A stretch of 64,000 nucleotides of DNA from Lytechinus pictus (taxonomy: Eukaryota), in NCBI RefSeq assembly GCF_037042905.1, contig NC_087252.1, forward strand, positions 7,876,001 to 7,940,000, in the 5' to 3' direction. Made by a program: the position numbers and the translations under genes. Shown one piece after another: positions 35,860 to 49,959 of the stretch. Positions within the stretch are counted from its first letter, which is position 1, and every line of letters starts with the position of its first letter. The notes below the pieces were generated by a model. That model saw nothing but the letters and a program-made list of their open reading frames with translations, was not told the origin of the DNA and searched no databases.

Positions 35860-37224
35860 TATGCTTTCTTATGCCTAGTAGTCATGTAAGTATAATAGGC
35901 CCATTAAACATGTTAAATGCATCCAAAATGGAAGGGATGGTAAATGGGGAATGAACGGCATTTTTCTTTACCAAGACATCAACTATAACTAAAAGATACG
36001 GAGTTATAAGATACAGTGCCGGACAGGAGGTTTCAGGAGGTTTATGCCATGTGAGATATCCAAGTTGACTCATGGAACATGTTTGAGAGGCTCTTACCAT
36101 TATTACGTAATAACCTAGGCTATAGTTTCAAGGTCATAGCGCATGCCTGTTGATAAACATCTTTCGATAATGTCAGAATTTTGACAAGAAAATCCCCGGC
36201 TGTTATATGCAACATCCATGCAGCCAAATGGATGACTTTACCAAGGGCGATGAGGATTCGTCCATGAAATGTACTTCAGAGGTTTCGAACAAATTTTGTT
36301 TGCTCGAAATAACCCCTGGACAAGGGCATGTCCCCCCTCTTTTCAAGTGCTTCGTGCTTTGGTGAATGGAAGGGGCCGGGTCTCAATATATTCATCCGTT
36401 GTTATAGAAAAACATGTTATTGTGGTATGTTTGCCGAATCCAGATCTCTGCATTCGTTGTTGGTAGAAAACGTGGTAGTATTCATACTGCTTTGTGCGGT
36501 TGTGATGTCTCTTTATGACCCCAACCCCGGGTTTTGGAGCTATGATGATTTGTCGAGCCGTCTTTTTATTCCCCATTTTTGTTCTCTTCTCCTCGCTGGT
36601 ATTGAACGATTCTCTTTCATTAGTTCCATCTTTTTTGAGAGAGAAAAAATATGATGACAGGCAAATTGAAAGGCTGAGCTGGGTTTTTGAGAAGAGAAGA
36701 GCGCTTTACATGTTCATCGAAGCATAATGGCAAGGGCTCATCCAGGCGTGAGTTTGAAAGGAAAAGAGGCGAGAGGGTGCGGGGAAGCTCGGCAGCAGCT
36801 TTCCGTAAATATAGCAGCAACGGTATAGAAATGAATTAGCGCGGAAACGAATGTCGGGTGTGTTTTTATGATATATCGTTGAGACGAAGAGCTATTATGT
36901 TGGAAGCTTTCGTGACTGCCAAAGCCATCCCTCGCAGAGTTGTATTGGGGGATAAATATTTCTATATTCATAATCAGCTTGATACCTGAACATCGGATCA
37001 GTCTTTCTATTTAGACTAGTTGGAGAATCTCTTCTCTGCTCTGCGCCACCCGTTGACTCAACAACGTTCGCATCTATCCCGTACGTTTCGCTCGCTCTTT
37101 CAGCTAGCTCATCTCCTTTTTACATGACTTCGTATCATATTACATTCAGCGTGTATCGCGATTGGTAGATAGTTTTGGACGGCCGGGGAATAGGACGGAG
37201 ATTGGCTAATCGTCACCTTTGAAT

Positions 37225-37696
37225 ATGTTGGAAAAGCTTGTTAACAGCAGCGCCCTGGCCCTGCTCTCCTCCTCAATCACATCAGCTGTCCTTCTTTCCT
37301 CGACTTTCATGCTCTTCGCGGCCTACTTGCTCAGGAATAACAGACCTACGGCGAAGGAGAGCCATGGCAAATCCACGGGGTATTTTGGCAAATGGTCGAT
37401 CTTCACCCTCGGGCTGGGGCGGTGGAGGGAGCGACTGCCGCCTGGTCCGCGGGCATGGCCGATTCTGGGCGATATACCAACATTGGTGAAAATGGGGAAG
37501 GAATATGGGGCGGGGGCGCTGACAGAACTGGCCCGGAGGTACGGGGGCATTTATATGGTGAGGATGGGCTGGCCCGGCCCGAGGATGATTGTGATTAGCG
37601 ATGGAGTGTTGCTACGTGAGGCCTTGATCAAACAAGCCAATATCTTCTCAGATAGGAAAGTTAATGGATTAGTATCAGTGTCATTCCCCGTTGAAG
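37225..37696 (+). CDS. First coding exon of a microsomal cytochrome P450, CYP2 clan (CYP2U1-like layout)
   Basis: ATG at 37225; hydrophobic anchor (ALALLSSSITSAVLLSSTFMLFAAYLL); proline hinge LPPGPRAWPILGDIP; LARRYGGIY; IVISD..LLREALIKQANIFSDR; ends at a consensus donor GAAG|GTAAGT in phase 1, within a Gly codon. Confidence 0.88.
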
Positions 37697-38809
37697 GTAA
37701 GTCGACACTCATTGCAACTTCTAAATTTCTCTCTTTTTTGTTTCTGTTGCATGTTGGGGTAACTCCCTTAGTTTTTTTCTATTTAATTTATTAACTGAAA
37801 GAAGCTGTCATTCTATTTGCCAACTACCCCTTTCAAATATGCGCATCTCATCCCATACAATAGACAGGGACAATAGTTACAATGTAACTCACAAGGCAAA
37901 TTTCAAAAAAAGAGAATAATAATAGCCCCCATAAAGTACTAGTAATAACGAAGTATTTAATTTAGTCTTCCTTAAATAATGCATTTCTTTAAATCCATGC
38001 CCATAAAGTGATATGTCTATAGGCCTATGCCTATATATATTCCGAAAAATAAAAACACAAAGTTAGAACCCCCAACCTAAACAAACGCTTTTGGTTACGT
38101 CAGAATGCACATTTCGTCAAAATATGCCTATGTATATATCAATATTTATCATGCAAAATGTAGACATTTTGTGAAAAGATAGTTATATGACGTGGCTGTT
38201 AACTCAAATGGAGAAAAATATAAATATATTTGGATTGATGATAATTGTCACCCTTGCCCTTTGACTTTGGTTTAATTAGCGAGGTGACAGAGTTACGTAA
38301 TAAGAGTTGATGTTGGCCACAACCGTATAACAGCCATCCCCAAACAACCATGTTCATGAATGCCTTGTCTAGGTACGAACCTCTGAACTTCTTGTTAGAC
38401 CAGACGATAAACAAGTCGTCATCACCACTGAAGGAAACATCTACACATTTATTGATACCCCCCCCCCCCGTACATTTTTATCAACTTGAAGCTCAATCTT
38501 TGGGTGTTTACTCGTTCCAATTGTTTAATTATCCACTTATCTCTTCAATAAGATATGCCTATCAGGTTAAACATGCCTTGATTTTGTTAACCATTTAAAT
38601 TCCCGTTAATTTATCTATAAGAACTGGATAATCATAAGAGCAAATGTTATAACATGGCCTGTAAGGTCCACGAGTTTTTATACTCTTCTTCATGCGTTCA
38701 TATTTACATTCACGATTCAGGCGACCAGCTTGATACAATAGTTACTTCGATCAAGGTCAAAACAATTTGTATTTAGTCAATGCGCTCCTCGTGGGGGCTT
38801 CCTCTATGC

Positions 38810-38917
38810 CCAGGTCACACAGGGGGGAAACCGAACCCAGGCCGACCAATGCTATAACGTTATTTCGAATAGAATACCATCAGTCGATTTGGAGTCGGTT
38901 TCGTCGGTGTGACTGTG
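38810..38917. mobile_element. Short MITE of the GTCACAC...GTGTGAC family
   Basis: GGTCACACAGGGGGGAAACCGA ... TCGGTTTCGTCGGTGTGACTG; related sequences at ~4020-4125 and, split by an insertion, at ~1517-2017. Confidence 0.5.
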
Positions 38918-39307
38918 TAATTATGTAATGGAATCAAGGACGAAACATTTCTGCAAAAATGATTACAAAAATGCAAACAAAGTCTGTTTTTATCATTTTT
39001 ATGCAATAAAGACTCCCACCCCTGTCCCTCTTTCTATTATGGTTACTCCGTGAATGTGACATTCAGTATTGTTCTTCAACAATCGATGGTTTATTTTGGC
39101 CCTTATCCCAGTTCGATGTGTTTATATCCTTCACTTTATTCATACAATGAACATTTTTGTAATTTGGGAAATAACATTGGGGTTTAGCATGAAGGGAGGA
39201 GTACATCAGAAGAGGAGGGATGACAGGGGTCAATATTTACCAAAATATTGCCATTAAAAACAGAACCTATTCATTAAAAAAAATATTTCAAGTGCCCCTT
39301 TGGTGAG

Positions 39308-39321
39308 ATATATATATACAC

Positions 39322-39372
<51 letters not shown>
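39308..39372. repeat. (TA)n microsatellite
   Basis: Visible dinucleotide run. Confidence 0.95.
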
Positions 39373-39376
<4 letters not shown>

Positions 39377-39876
39377 CCTTCCTTTATCGGCCCTCTCATA
39401 ATATGAACAATTACATCAACGAATGGCTAACTATGAATTTATAATTTCAAAGTGCCCACTTCAGCTCGCTCACGTCGCTCCCTCGTAATTTTCCAGAAAT
39501 CATACACCATGTCTCAAAACACAAGTCTCTTATAGTTTTCTTGTCCATTCCGCCTAAGTTGTTAGTTGTTCGCAAAACACATGGTAAAAGCTTTATGTCG
39601 AACCTTCTGTATTTGATGCTGAAGTGAAATTCCCCCCCAACTCAATACACGTATTAAACCATCGTGATATTGATACGTTGACCGTTATTATGGTTATGCA
39701 GACAAAGGTAAAAACAATTTGTATTTAGTTTCTATGACATACAAAGTAGCCATATTGACTTAATCTCTTGTAGTCTCATATATTATGTTGATATACCATC
39801 CCTTTCAATGATCGTGAACCGAAACTACAGAGACCCACAATGCAAAGTATCTGTTGTGACTTTATGAGACGCGTTA

Positions 39877-40130
39877 TCAAAGGGGTTCTCCAGTCTTAAA
39901 ATGATATTTTCTAAATAGAGGGTGAAAATTAACGAATGGAAAGCAAAAAATTCGATCAAAATCTGATAAAGATGATGATGATGATGTTATTGAATTTCAA
40001 AGTACATCAATATTTTGTGAAAACAGTTATATGCATATGCAATTGGTTGGCTGATGGCGCCATGCCCCTACTTCCATTATGTCATATTTTATACCATGAA
40101 ATCCAAATTATTTTACATATATATGTGTAA
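39877..40130. mobile_element. Diverged left part of the Kolobok-like family
   Basis: Starts TCAAAGGGGTTCTCCAG; shares ATCAAAATCTGATAA, GTGAAAACAGTTA and CATGAAATC with 8699-9200. Confidence 0.5.
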
Positions 40131-43100
40131 AATATGTTTATAAAATAATAGGTTCCAAATGAAACAAAATACACGAATGAATATAACACAGTGTAATGAA
40201 TGGATTTTCATTTCAGTTATTTCAACAATGTAAACAAAGGTGCAAAATATGTTAATACAAACAAGGCAAAGTAATAATCACAATGGTAATCATTACCGTT
40301 TTGAAATCAAAATATTCTGAACGTTATCAAACAATGAATAACAATAATTACGTAACACAATGAGATGCTAATTTGTCGAGAAAAAAAATTGTTTGGAAAT
40401 ATTCAATAATGTAATCAACATAAAGTATTTTGGTATTTTTTATATACATTTTTACATTTCTATTGATATGTTATTTTCTCTTCAGCTAAACTCCATGTAA
40501 AATATTTACAAAATATTTACCGCAAAACGTCACTTATCGTGCCATATTGTGATTCACTATCAGGGTGATATAACCTATCGCATTGTAGTCCCGTATGGTA
40601 TATGTATACACGGTTTGGCATGGGGGCATTATGACAATGAAATGCATGATTGACGTAACGTTTCAACTGAAGATACACGCGGGTATATGTACTGCATGAT
40701 CAACCCTCAATATCAAGGCTATGGAAGATGGGGGTCGCACGAGGAATCCTCTTGGAGAATGTCATCTCAGAAGAGAGAGAAAGGGAGAGATAGTGAGAAA
40801 AAGGAAGAGAGGGGGAGAGAGAAGGAGAGATGGAGATAGGGGGAGAGAGAGAGGGGATGGTGGACTTGAGGATTCCAAAGCAGATCTTGTTTTTTACGAT
40901 ATGAAAAAGGATTTTCATTACGGGGGTAACCAGCTTGTCCCGCCGAAAGCTGTCCCCGACCAGGGAAAATCGCCCTTCCCAACTGTATTCGCATGATTGA
41001 AAAACTATAAACCCGATGTATATTGGTGTTTACCTTATTAACCTTGAACGCTATACACATATTATATTTAGGGCGGCGCCTAAGAGGGGGCGGGGGCGAC
41101 TGCCCCTATCATTCGTCATGTAGTGAAAAGGGAGGAAAATAGGACACAATCGAAAGAAAAAAATACAGGTAAAAGATAAAAGAAGAGTATTTAAAGGAGA
41201 GGTCAATTGACAAAGTAAAACTTATTTAACATGTAAAACAAACGAGAAGCACTTAAAGAAAAAAGTTCAACTTTGCAACTTAAATGGCGCATTCATTTTG
41301 ATTTTGGAAGTTTGAAACATTGTAAACTCAATATTCCTCTATATTCTCAAAGTTCCTAGCTATAAAGTGTCGTTTTCTCTCTCTTTGTTATCTTGCATTT
41401 GTGTCATACACAATCATGTAGGAAAAAAATTGAATCTTGCTCCCTTCAAATGCAACACTGATAGCTCCTATTGGATAACTTTGTACACTGACCCATTACA
41501 CATCTGAAGGGCGCAGTTAGCTACATTTTGCACTCTTTTGGTTGCAAGGTTTTCCCTTTTTCTTCTGAAAACAACATAACACTTGATTACTTTCCCTTTA
41601 AGTGCTTTAGACTCAAAGATAATATTATTGTCTATGTATTGTCTATGTCTGGCGCCATGTTGTATCAATGATAATAATTTGAAGGTCAATTGCTTTAGAG
41701 CTCTCACTACTCGATACTTAAAGCGACGACGATATAGTTTTGATGTTCATGGTCATACTCCTCTTTTCGCAAAAGATATAAGGTTCGTTTACTCCTGAAC
41801 TTTCCAACTTTTTTAACGAATGTTTTTTTTTAAAACAATTACTGTGGATAGTATTGGTGTAGGTGTATTTAATAAGTTAGTCATACAACTTTTGCCACGT
41901 TTATAAACTCTGACATCGAACTTACCTTTTTTATAGCAAATGAATCTGACCTTAAGCTATAACAACAATAACAACAACAAAAATAAACCCAGCAACAAAT
42001 TCACGACGATATCATTATTATTGAAATGAAATTTAAACTCAAGTTTGTAGTATTCATATGGCAGATATGGAGAGTATATTTAAATATTGTTTTAGCGTGC
42101 ACTGGTGACGAGGTCATATATCTTTTTTTTTTCATTGTAGAATTGAAGCACTGATGCACATGAGGGTTAGGGTTAACATTTAACATGTTTTATGTTTTTG
42201 TTTTGGAATATGAAGGTATGAATTAAAAGGTCGGGGGTGGCAAGTGCCCCTTTCAGCAGTCATGGTTCGTGATTTGTATAGTGAGTGTTAGTAACTTTAC
42301 ATCGTGGGTAAGAATGCCGTGGCGTCGCGGCAATCTAAGAGGGGGACAATATTTTTGAGGTCACGTGATTGGTGGTTGCGTCTGTCCATGAGACTTGCCA
42401 TTCATTTTGAGTAGACTCAATAAAGCCTTCATCCATCTCTCCCCATCTCTCTTTCTTTCTCCCTCTCTCTCTCTCTTCCTTTCTCACTCTCTCTCTTTCT
42501 CTTCCCCTTACTCTGTCTTTCTCCCTTTTCATCCATTATTTTCCGAACCTTCTCCCTCCCACCTTATCCCTCTCTCTCTCTCTCTCATCCAACGTTTGCT
42601 TAGTCTTATATATATAAAAAAAATCTTCATAATACTATATTATTTCTATCTAATTTAATTTTGATACTAAATGCCTTACTGATAAATTACATACAAACGG
42701 AAGCAAGTGAATATCTAGAACATACATGTAGGGCCAACATGATTCATTAAGGCGTATAGTTTAATTATTGTCATAACCTCTATACACTTTGCGATACAGA
42801 AGATGATGAACTGAAGTAACCCAGGCTTCTGTCGCATAAATAGAATAGAATGATATTTTATTCTCCTTATGTCCTTATAGTATAATCGATTTTCTTTTTG
42901 TTTGATCGACCATAATAGACTCTTAAAGGAAAAAAGATGTATAGAAGCCTTTCCTACACCGCTTATCGTTTTGTAAAGATGGCTTTTCAATGTTCTATGT
43001 GAAAGGGCGGGCATTATTTTGACCCTCTTTTGTTAAAACGCACAGACAATAACTATTATTCTGCGCTTCCCTTTCTATTTGGAATGTCGGCTGATCTCTG

Positions 43101-44347
43101 TACTTCTCTCCCTTTATCTCCCCCTCTCCCTCCCTCCCTCTCTCTCTCTCTCTCATTCTTTATATCTTCCATTTCTTCCCTCTCCCATCTCTCTTTATTA
43201 TACTCTCTTCTTTCGCGTCTCTCATCTCTAAATATCCCCTCTCTATTACTATGTTTATGTCTCCCTTGATCTTTATATCCCGCCCCCTTCACCCTACCCT
43301 ATATCTCTAGCTATCCACCCCTCTCTCATTTTCCCTCTTTCTGTTTTTAATTAAACGTTTTACAACCCAATATATCAGACTTATTGTATTATGCTCTGGA
43401 GAAAGGACAGATTCATTCAAACATATTTTTCCGATAACATTTTGTTTAACATTTAGAACAAGATTATGTCTCTTCATGATGCCATCTATTTCAGTTGTAA
43501 TGGTTACCAATCACCCTCGACCTTCACATTTCACAGTAGTGGTGTGTTTTTTTTTCGAGATATTCGATGAAAAAATAAATAAACTGTACATTTGCCAACT
43601 TCAAGCTCTGCATGTCCGAGCAAGGACTTGAAAAAATAAAACTGTGAATAATAATAACAAAAAACGTGTGAAGTTTGGCTTGGGTTGGGTTTTGTAACGT
43701 TTACATGTATTTTGTTTTCCGTAAGACAATTTTATAGGTTTCCATGTAGCCCTTCCCTTTCTGGCTGCTATGCTTAAAGAAAAAGTTTCCTTATATAGTT
43801 TGCCACTGCATTCCCCCCCTTTAAGTTGTGCTTGCCATACTGTATTTATGTCTAACTATATTATTACAAAATTGTCACTTTGTTATGTACTTTATGCCAT
43901 ATTATTGTTATGTTCATGCATTATTTGTAAATTTATTTTGTATATCCAATCCAATAAAATAATGCAGAAAATCCTGCCCCCCCAAAAAAAAAAAAAATCC
44001 TTTGTGAGTAAAAAAACCCCAAGTAACTTACGGCTTCACGTCCTCTCGGAGAGATCCACACACTGAATCATGCATATACAATACAGTGATGATGTTTGTC
44101 AATTCTCGGCACAAGTGGGTATCCAGGGACCCCAGACAGAAAGTCATTCTAAATTGATTAGATCATCAGCTATTATTATGGCGGCCATTTTGTCTGACTG
44201 ATGTCGTCTGTCTCCGTATGTGACTCAGTCTATAGAGGTAGTTTTCCTTCTGTCGTCCTTGCCGTATGTCTCTATCATGTCTATGATTGTATGTGCGTTT
44301 GTCTGTCCGTATGTCAGAACTTTGATTGAACTTAAAACATGGTTCCA

Positions 44348-44539
44348 TATGACATTTGCTCTGGTGACAATTGCTCCGCTGCAAATTCCACACATTAATG
44401 GAATGACCAACTTTGACCCTGGATTTAGCACTATACCCTATCCTAAACCTAACATAACACCCTATTGTGACCCTAACCTTAACCCTATATCTTAGACGAA
44501 ATAAAGTCTGGAGCAATCGTCGCCGGAGCAACTGTCGTG
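44348..44539. mobile_element. MITE with duplicated-unit TIRs and a telomere-like core
   Basis: TATGACATTTGCTCTGGTGACAATTGCTCC is an inverted match to GGAGCAATCGTCGCCGGAGCAACTGTCGTG; core contains CCCTAT/CCTAAA/CCCTAACCTTAACCCTA. Confidence 0.7.
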
Positions 44540-46075
44540 GATGCTAAAGTGTTATTATACAGTGAATGAAATGGAAGACAACACTTTGATTAAAGGTCGA
44601 TTCCTTACGGGTGAAAGCATGAACATATCTTTGTAGAAATAAAAAAAACATGTTAATTTACTTTGAAAAATTGATTTAATGATATAGGGTTTACCCCATG
44701 TCTTTCGTCGTGTATTTCTGTGGTAATTTCGAATACGATTTACACATAATATACACGACAAAAATTGCATAGCGTTTCAATAAATCAACTTTTACCATAT
44801 TCCCTCCCCCCCCCCCCATCGCCTTATCTCCCTGTACGCCTCAATCCCTCAATGCGTTCTCTCCTCAGTCTTCTCCTTCCCAGGAAGTATTTCTTACACG
44901 GACCAATATTGTTTATTCCAGTTTCTTTTTTAACTTTTAACAGATTGTTTAGTTATTGAAGGACGTTGTTAAAAAGAAACAAATAAGAAAGAAATGCCAC
45001 CAACCGTCTTTTCGTGCTTGTTTTTCATATTTTATTTTTCTCTCTCTCTCTCTCTTTGAGACTCCGAGGCTCCCATGTTTATCCCATTACATCCCTCTTT
45101 AACACAATCCTTAAATTACCCCTGGCCCATTCCTTAACATTCCTCCAAGCCTCGGCTTTTCTTATTGTCCATCGCAATAATCCCACTTTAAATACATGTA
45201 ATACACTCCTCGCAGCTAGCTATCGACTGCTTTGCAAAGCCTTCTTTTCATACCAGACATATTTAGGCCTAATGTTGTCTGCTAAATGCCCGTTCAATAA
45301 TACTCAATGGGTCCTGTATTGTGTAAGTCGGGTTAATAGAGCCCGTCGATATATTTCTTTATGTTAAATAATAGCATCAAAAAACAAAAATAGAAAAACA
45401 TTGGTCAATGATTAACAGTAGGGGGCGTTTTTACAGAGATTGCGCCATGACCACTGGTCAGCGCATTTCCACTCTCCGTTAGGGGGATACATGAAAGAAG
45501 GTTTACAAAAAGACCTTTCGATTTGAGCAAGCTGAGGAGAGCAACTGAAAATCGATGACAAAATATAGGCCCCTACTTGTACATGTCACATGTTAACAAA
45601 TCATAAATGTCTAATGCTGATGGATTTTTCACCAAACCTTCACCGCAATATTTTCTTATTTTCCTGCTTTTATTAAAACCAACATTAGGGTGAACTTTAC
45701 CCTTAAGTCTAATTTTATTTTTTATTATTATCAAGCCATCTTGTTATTATTATTATTATTATTTTTTTTTTTTGGGGGGGGGGGAACTTCCCCTGCCCCC
45801 GCTTGATGCAAACATACTAGACAAGTTAGATAGAAAATTCCCATTTATAATTCAATAGATGGTTTGTTTATCAAGGAGGTTTGATTTCTGTTGTATAAAA
45901 AAGAGGAACAATAAAAGTACGTTAACACAAAAGGTCTACAGAGCGTAAGAAAATCAAAACCACTGCAAGTACAAAACCAAAACCATCACAGTCAATGTAC
46001 TATTCTGTTGTGTGGTTTCGTGCATTTTTAATGCAGCTATTCAATATATGAAAGTATATTCAGACAAAATACCCT

Positions 46076-46206
46076 GGATCCTGTAACACAAAGGTTAGCG
46101 ATTAATCGTATACGCTTGATTTTCATGATCAATTGTACAGTGTAGTCAATTCAATCAATCGTAATGAAATGTTATACGATCATTGCTGAGCTTTGTGTTA
46201 CGGGCC
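46076..46206. mobile_element. Short Harbinger-like MITE
   Basis: GGATCCTGTAACACAAAGGTTAGCGAT ... ATTGCTGAGCTTTGTGTTACGGGCC; CTG flanks. Confidence 0.7.
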
Positions 46207-47577
46207 TGTGGTTTCATGCTGGCTTTTTTGTTGTTGCAAAGTTGGTGGTAGAAAACTAATATTCCGAACAAAAAGCAACATGGAATAATACAAGGCGAAT
46301 ATTCAATCAATTTTCACATACACTGAATGTCCATGTGGTAACTTCAATCAAGAATGAAAACAAAGAAGACCGTATGTATAATTATGTAACCGCAATGAAA
46401 TAAAACATAATGCAGGCTGTGGCGTTGTGAATCACAAAACGAGGAGGCACAATATGGCGTCTATGGGGCAAAATTCCTGAACAGTAGCGAGTGAGATATC
46501 TCTCTCTCTCTCTCTTTTTTACCTTAATCGAAAATACATTATATCATCATGATATCATAGCTCACCCTTATAATTTTCTTTTCTTTCATTTTCTCCTTCT
46601 TTCCCCTTTTCTTTGGGGGGGGGGGGGAGAGTTCCCCCAGCCCCTATTTATGCTATATAATTTTATTTTAAGTTATTGATTAATTAAATTTTATTCTATT
46701 TACTAATTTGAAAATATTTCATTTTTAATATTTTTTTATTATTTTTATTTATTGTTTTTACTTTATTTCATTTATTGATTGATTTATTTTTCATTTATTT
46801 ATTTATTGTTTGGGGGCAGTGTACCCCAAACCTCCAACTAGTGTCGCACGCGTGGGTTCTATACATCATCTCCCATTCATAAAAAAAAGACTCCTTTTTC
46901 CTCTTTCAACTGCATTAAACTGCATATTCTACCAATAGCAGCGTTTACTTTACAAGCCCCGAATCAGATCAACTTGGTTTTCTCATGGAGTTCTTTACAA
47001 AATAGTACGGTTGTCCGGGCTCGTGTTTGTCATCCATTGAAGCGTACATCGCTTGCCTGACATGTGTTCCTCAATCCGGTTCGTTCATGTGAAAACTTAT
47101 CTATGTGCAAACATTATATACCCATACACATATAATACACACATTCCACACGCGCACACAAACACACACGCACACATGCACCTTCATCATTCACAATATC
47201 AGTAAGAGAAAAGAACAGTGTGTTCAAATTTAATACTGTAGTACTAATATGGCTAAAACTCTGATAAACATAGTTCTTAATAAAAGGGCATCACTTCAAA
47301 AAAAACTTTATGCTTAATTCGTGTACTTGTGTCTTACTATCTTTGTTGATATCGATTTGCAAACGCTCAAACTTGCTTTAAACCTTTTAACACAACGTAT
47401 AACAATGCACATGATTTAAACGAATGCATTGGATGTTTTGAGCCTTGGTAAATAGGATTGGGGACAATATAATTATGTTCCTGGGTGATTTGTTATTTCT
47501 CCTGATTTGAAATTTTTTGATTTGCAAACGTTTTTTTAATGTCTATTTTATTTGATGTTTTCTCCCTTTTTAAAACT

Positions 47578-47636
47578 GAGGAGCCTTATTCATGAAACAA
47601 ATAATCAGTATTTTCCTTCCTAGTGTAACAGCGGGG
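47578..47636. repeat. Interspersed repeat fragment shared with 54898-54958
   Basis: TTCATGAAACAAATAATCAGTATTTTCCTTCCTAGTGTAACAGCGGGG is identical at both sites. Confidence 0.8.
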
Positions 47637-49697
47637 GCTCATCCCCCCCTTTGAAAACCGTTCCGCGGCCCCTGAGCACACACACACCCACCCACAACAT
47701 GCCGCCAGACACAAAACTCACGATTAGTGTTCATCTAATAGACATAAACACACACACATAAATGGAAACAATTCCCCTTACAAATTTTTATCAATGAAAA
47801 TTGATGATTCATACAGCATTTTCATATTTTACATTTTTATCCGAATCCACAAAATCTTGACTATTATACTTCGACTCAAATAATAATTAAAAGGGAATAA
47901 AATGACGCTCAGATGGCAAATAAATATCTAAAAGAAATTAATATTAAAAGCCATCGGCAGATTGGGGACAATAGTTCTTCAAAAAGCTAATTTTTTTAAT
48001 TATTTTTTTTAGATCGACATTTTTAATGACAATTCCGTATAGGTAAAGCACGATTGACTCTCATCAATAGGAGCAGACTATAAAAAGATGCTAGTCTGTG
48101 CATTTATAATGCAGAAACCCCCTTTCGCCGCCTAGTTTCAGGGAGGTATTACGTTTGAATGGCATGAGAAAGGCACTCACGGCAAACCAATTAATTCGCA
48201 TTTAACCAATTATTGGGCTGAGCCCGTGGCATCGCTTAAAGGTAACAGTCAAATCATGTTCAGGGATGAGACGTCAAAGTGGATAGATTGTTTCCTTTTT
48301 CTTGTCTGGATGTAAAAAAAAAAAAAAAAAGGAACAAAACAACAAAACAACACACACACACGCAACAATATCAGGCCTGCTGTTATAGGTGTATATATCC
48401 GTAACTGTTAGAATCGTTAATTTTCTCTTTCCATCGGTATCATCGATGTGACCTATTTTGAAAGGATTCTATCATGATGTTAATTTATATTTAGGCTTAT
48501 CTGAATTTGAATTGTTCATGTGGAAAATTAGCAAAATGTAACCCTTATTAATTTCCAAACTCTTTCCTGATCTTAAAACATCTTAAAGGCAGACCTTATC
48601 GCATCCCCTTGCCTCTGGAGAAATTAGACAAACATAATTCGTGTAGAAAACAAAAAATTGTTTCCATTATTTGAAAATTATTCATCTTTGCTCTATATCC
48701 TTGTAACATATGGGCCTACAGCGAACTTTCAAGTGCATTTTTGATTCACTCTATATGTATATAATGTATTGTGTTTTTACTCTATCGTATGTCACATACA
48801 TTGAATTTCTATGATTTTGAGTTATTTGTTAAACTACAGGGCGCCTTTGGAAAGCAGTTTTGCATAACTGAACAGGCCTACCCTAAAATAAAATAATTGA
48901 TATTGTAATGATACAATGCACCCTTTCACCCTTTTCTCCATGTATATCAAATCAATTTGAAAAAATGAGAGAGAGATAAACTCAGAGATGGTACACCCCC
49001 CTTTCAAGCTGCTATATATCCTTATATTGATTTATTAACGTGTACATTCTCTTTGTATGTTTATTCTTTCAATTTTCATTCGTTAATTCACACCCCTTTG
49101 TCCCCTTTATCCTGAGATACTCCCCCATCGATCTTGCCCTCAAAGAATCTATTAAAACGTTCACCTATCACCTTTTTAGCAAAGCGCAGACGACACAATC
49201 CGTTTACCTTCCCCGATAACGGGGTTTCCTACTCCGTCCCCGAGGGATTTTAGACGAGGCAGGTGCGCGCGCCCTGCAGCCGAGTCAAAAGATCCACTCT
49301 AATTATATTTCTATTCCGAATCATTTCTGCTAGATTTGTCCAAACATTTAGGCAGGGATACGCCGTGAGGGGCACAATGGAAGCTTTTAGCTGGGATCAA
49401 TAGGGCAGGGGAGAAGATGACAGCGCGTTGTGATACTCATTTTGCAGGGTATCAATGCGAGCTGTCATTATTCGTTTGTGGTATATAAAAAAATGTGACC
49501 TTTGTTAAACGAATATCAAACAAAATAATGCTTGCCTTTGGGGGAAATTTAAAAGCATGACTTTTGTTATTGAATGTTTCATTAACTCGCAAGTTTTTAT
49601 AAAGAGAAAAGCCATGATGTGCCTCTTCTCATTGACGACACATTGCATACAAATGTTGAACTCGTAAAAATATTTGATCGAGAGATGATTTATTTGA

Positions 49698-49959
49698 ACC
49701 GGTGTGTTGGCTCAGTTGGTAGAGCGTCCGTCTCGCAATCGGGAGGTCGGGGGTTCAAACTCGGCCGCGTCAGACCAAAAGACGTAAAAAGATGGGAGTT
49801 GCTGCTACCCTGTTTGGCGTTCAACGATTAAAGGGATATAGCCTCGTCGATCTGGCGCTGCACAGCGGCTGCCGGGCCCACGATCAATTGGGCAAAGCAA
49901 ATTTTCGGAGTATTTCATTTCATGTCTATTTCGAACAATAAATTATGGATTTTTCATTT
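49698..49959 (+). mobile_element. tRNA-derived SINE
   Basis: Box A TGGCTCAGTTGG (49708-49719), box B GGTTCAAACTC (49752-49762), imperfect anticodon arm (CGC position), no acceptor stem, followed by a ~190-bp tRNA-unrelated body and an AATAAA/TTTCA tail. Confidence 0.85.

Noticed and set aside
37697..37794. C-terminal part of the 191-aa ORF as P450 coding sequence
   Set aside because: It lies after the GTAAGT donor and has no P450 similarity, so it is intronic read-through. The TTG start at 37219 was also rejected in favour of the ATG at 37225.
40721..40996. Arg/Gly/Glu-rich ORF; similar ORFs at 3305-3570, 42335-42658 and 43030-43292
   Set aside because: Derived from GA/CT low-complexity tracts.
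49441..49490. TTTGCAG acceptor as CYP exon 2
   Set aside because: The phase-1 frame hits a stop within 13 codons and lacks the WxxxR motif.
49698..49770. Possible tRNA gene (CGC anticodon)
   Set aside because: Acceptor and T stems do not pair properly, there is no poly-T terminator, and the sequence continues into a SINE body.
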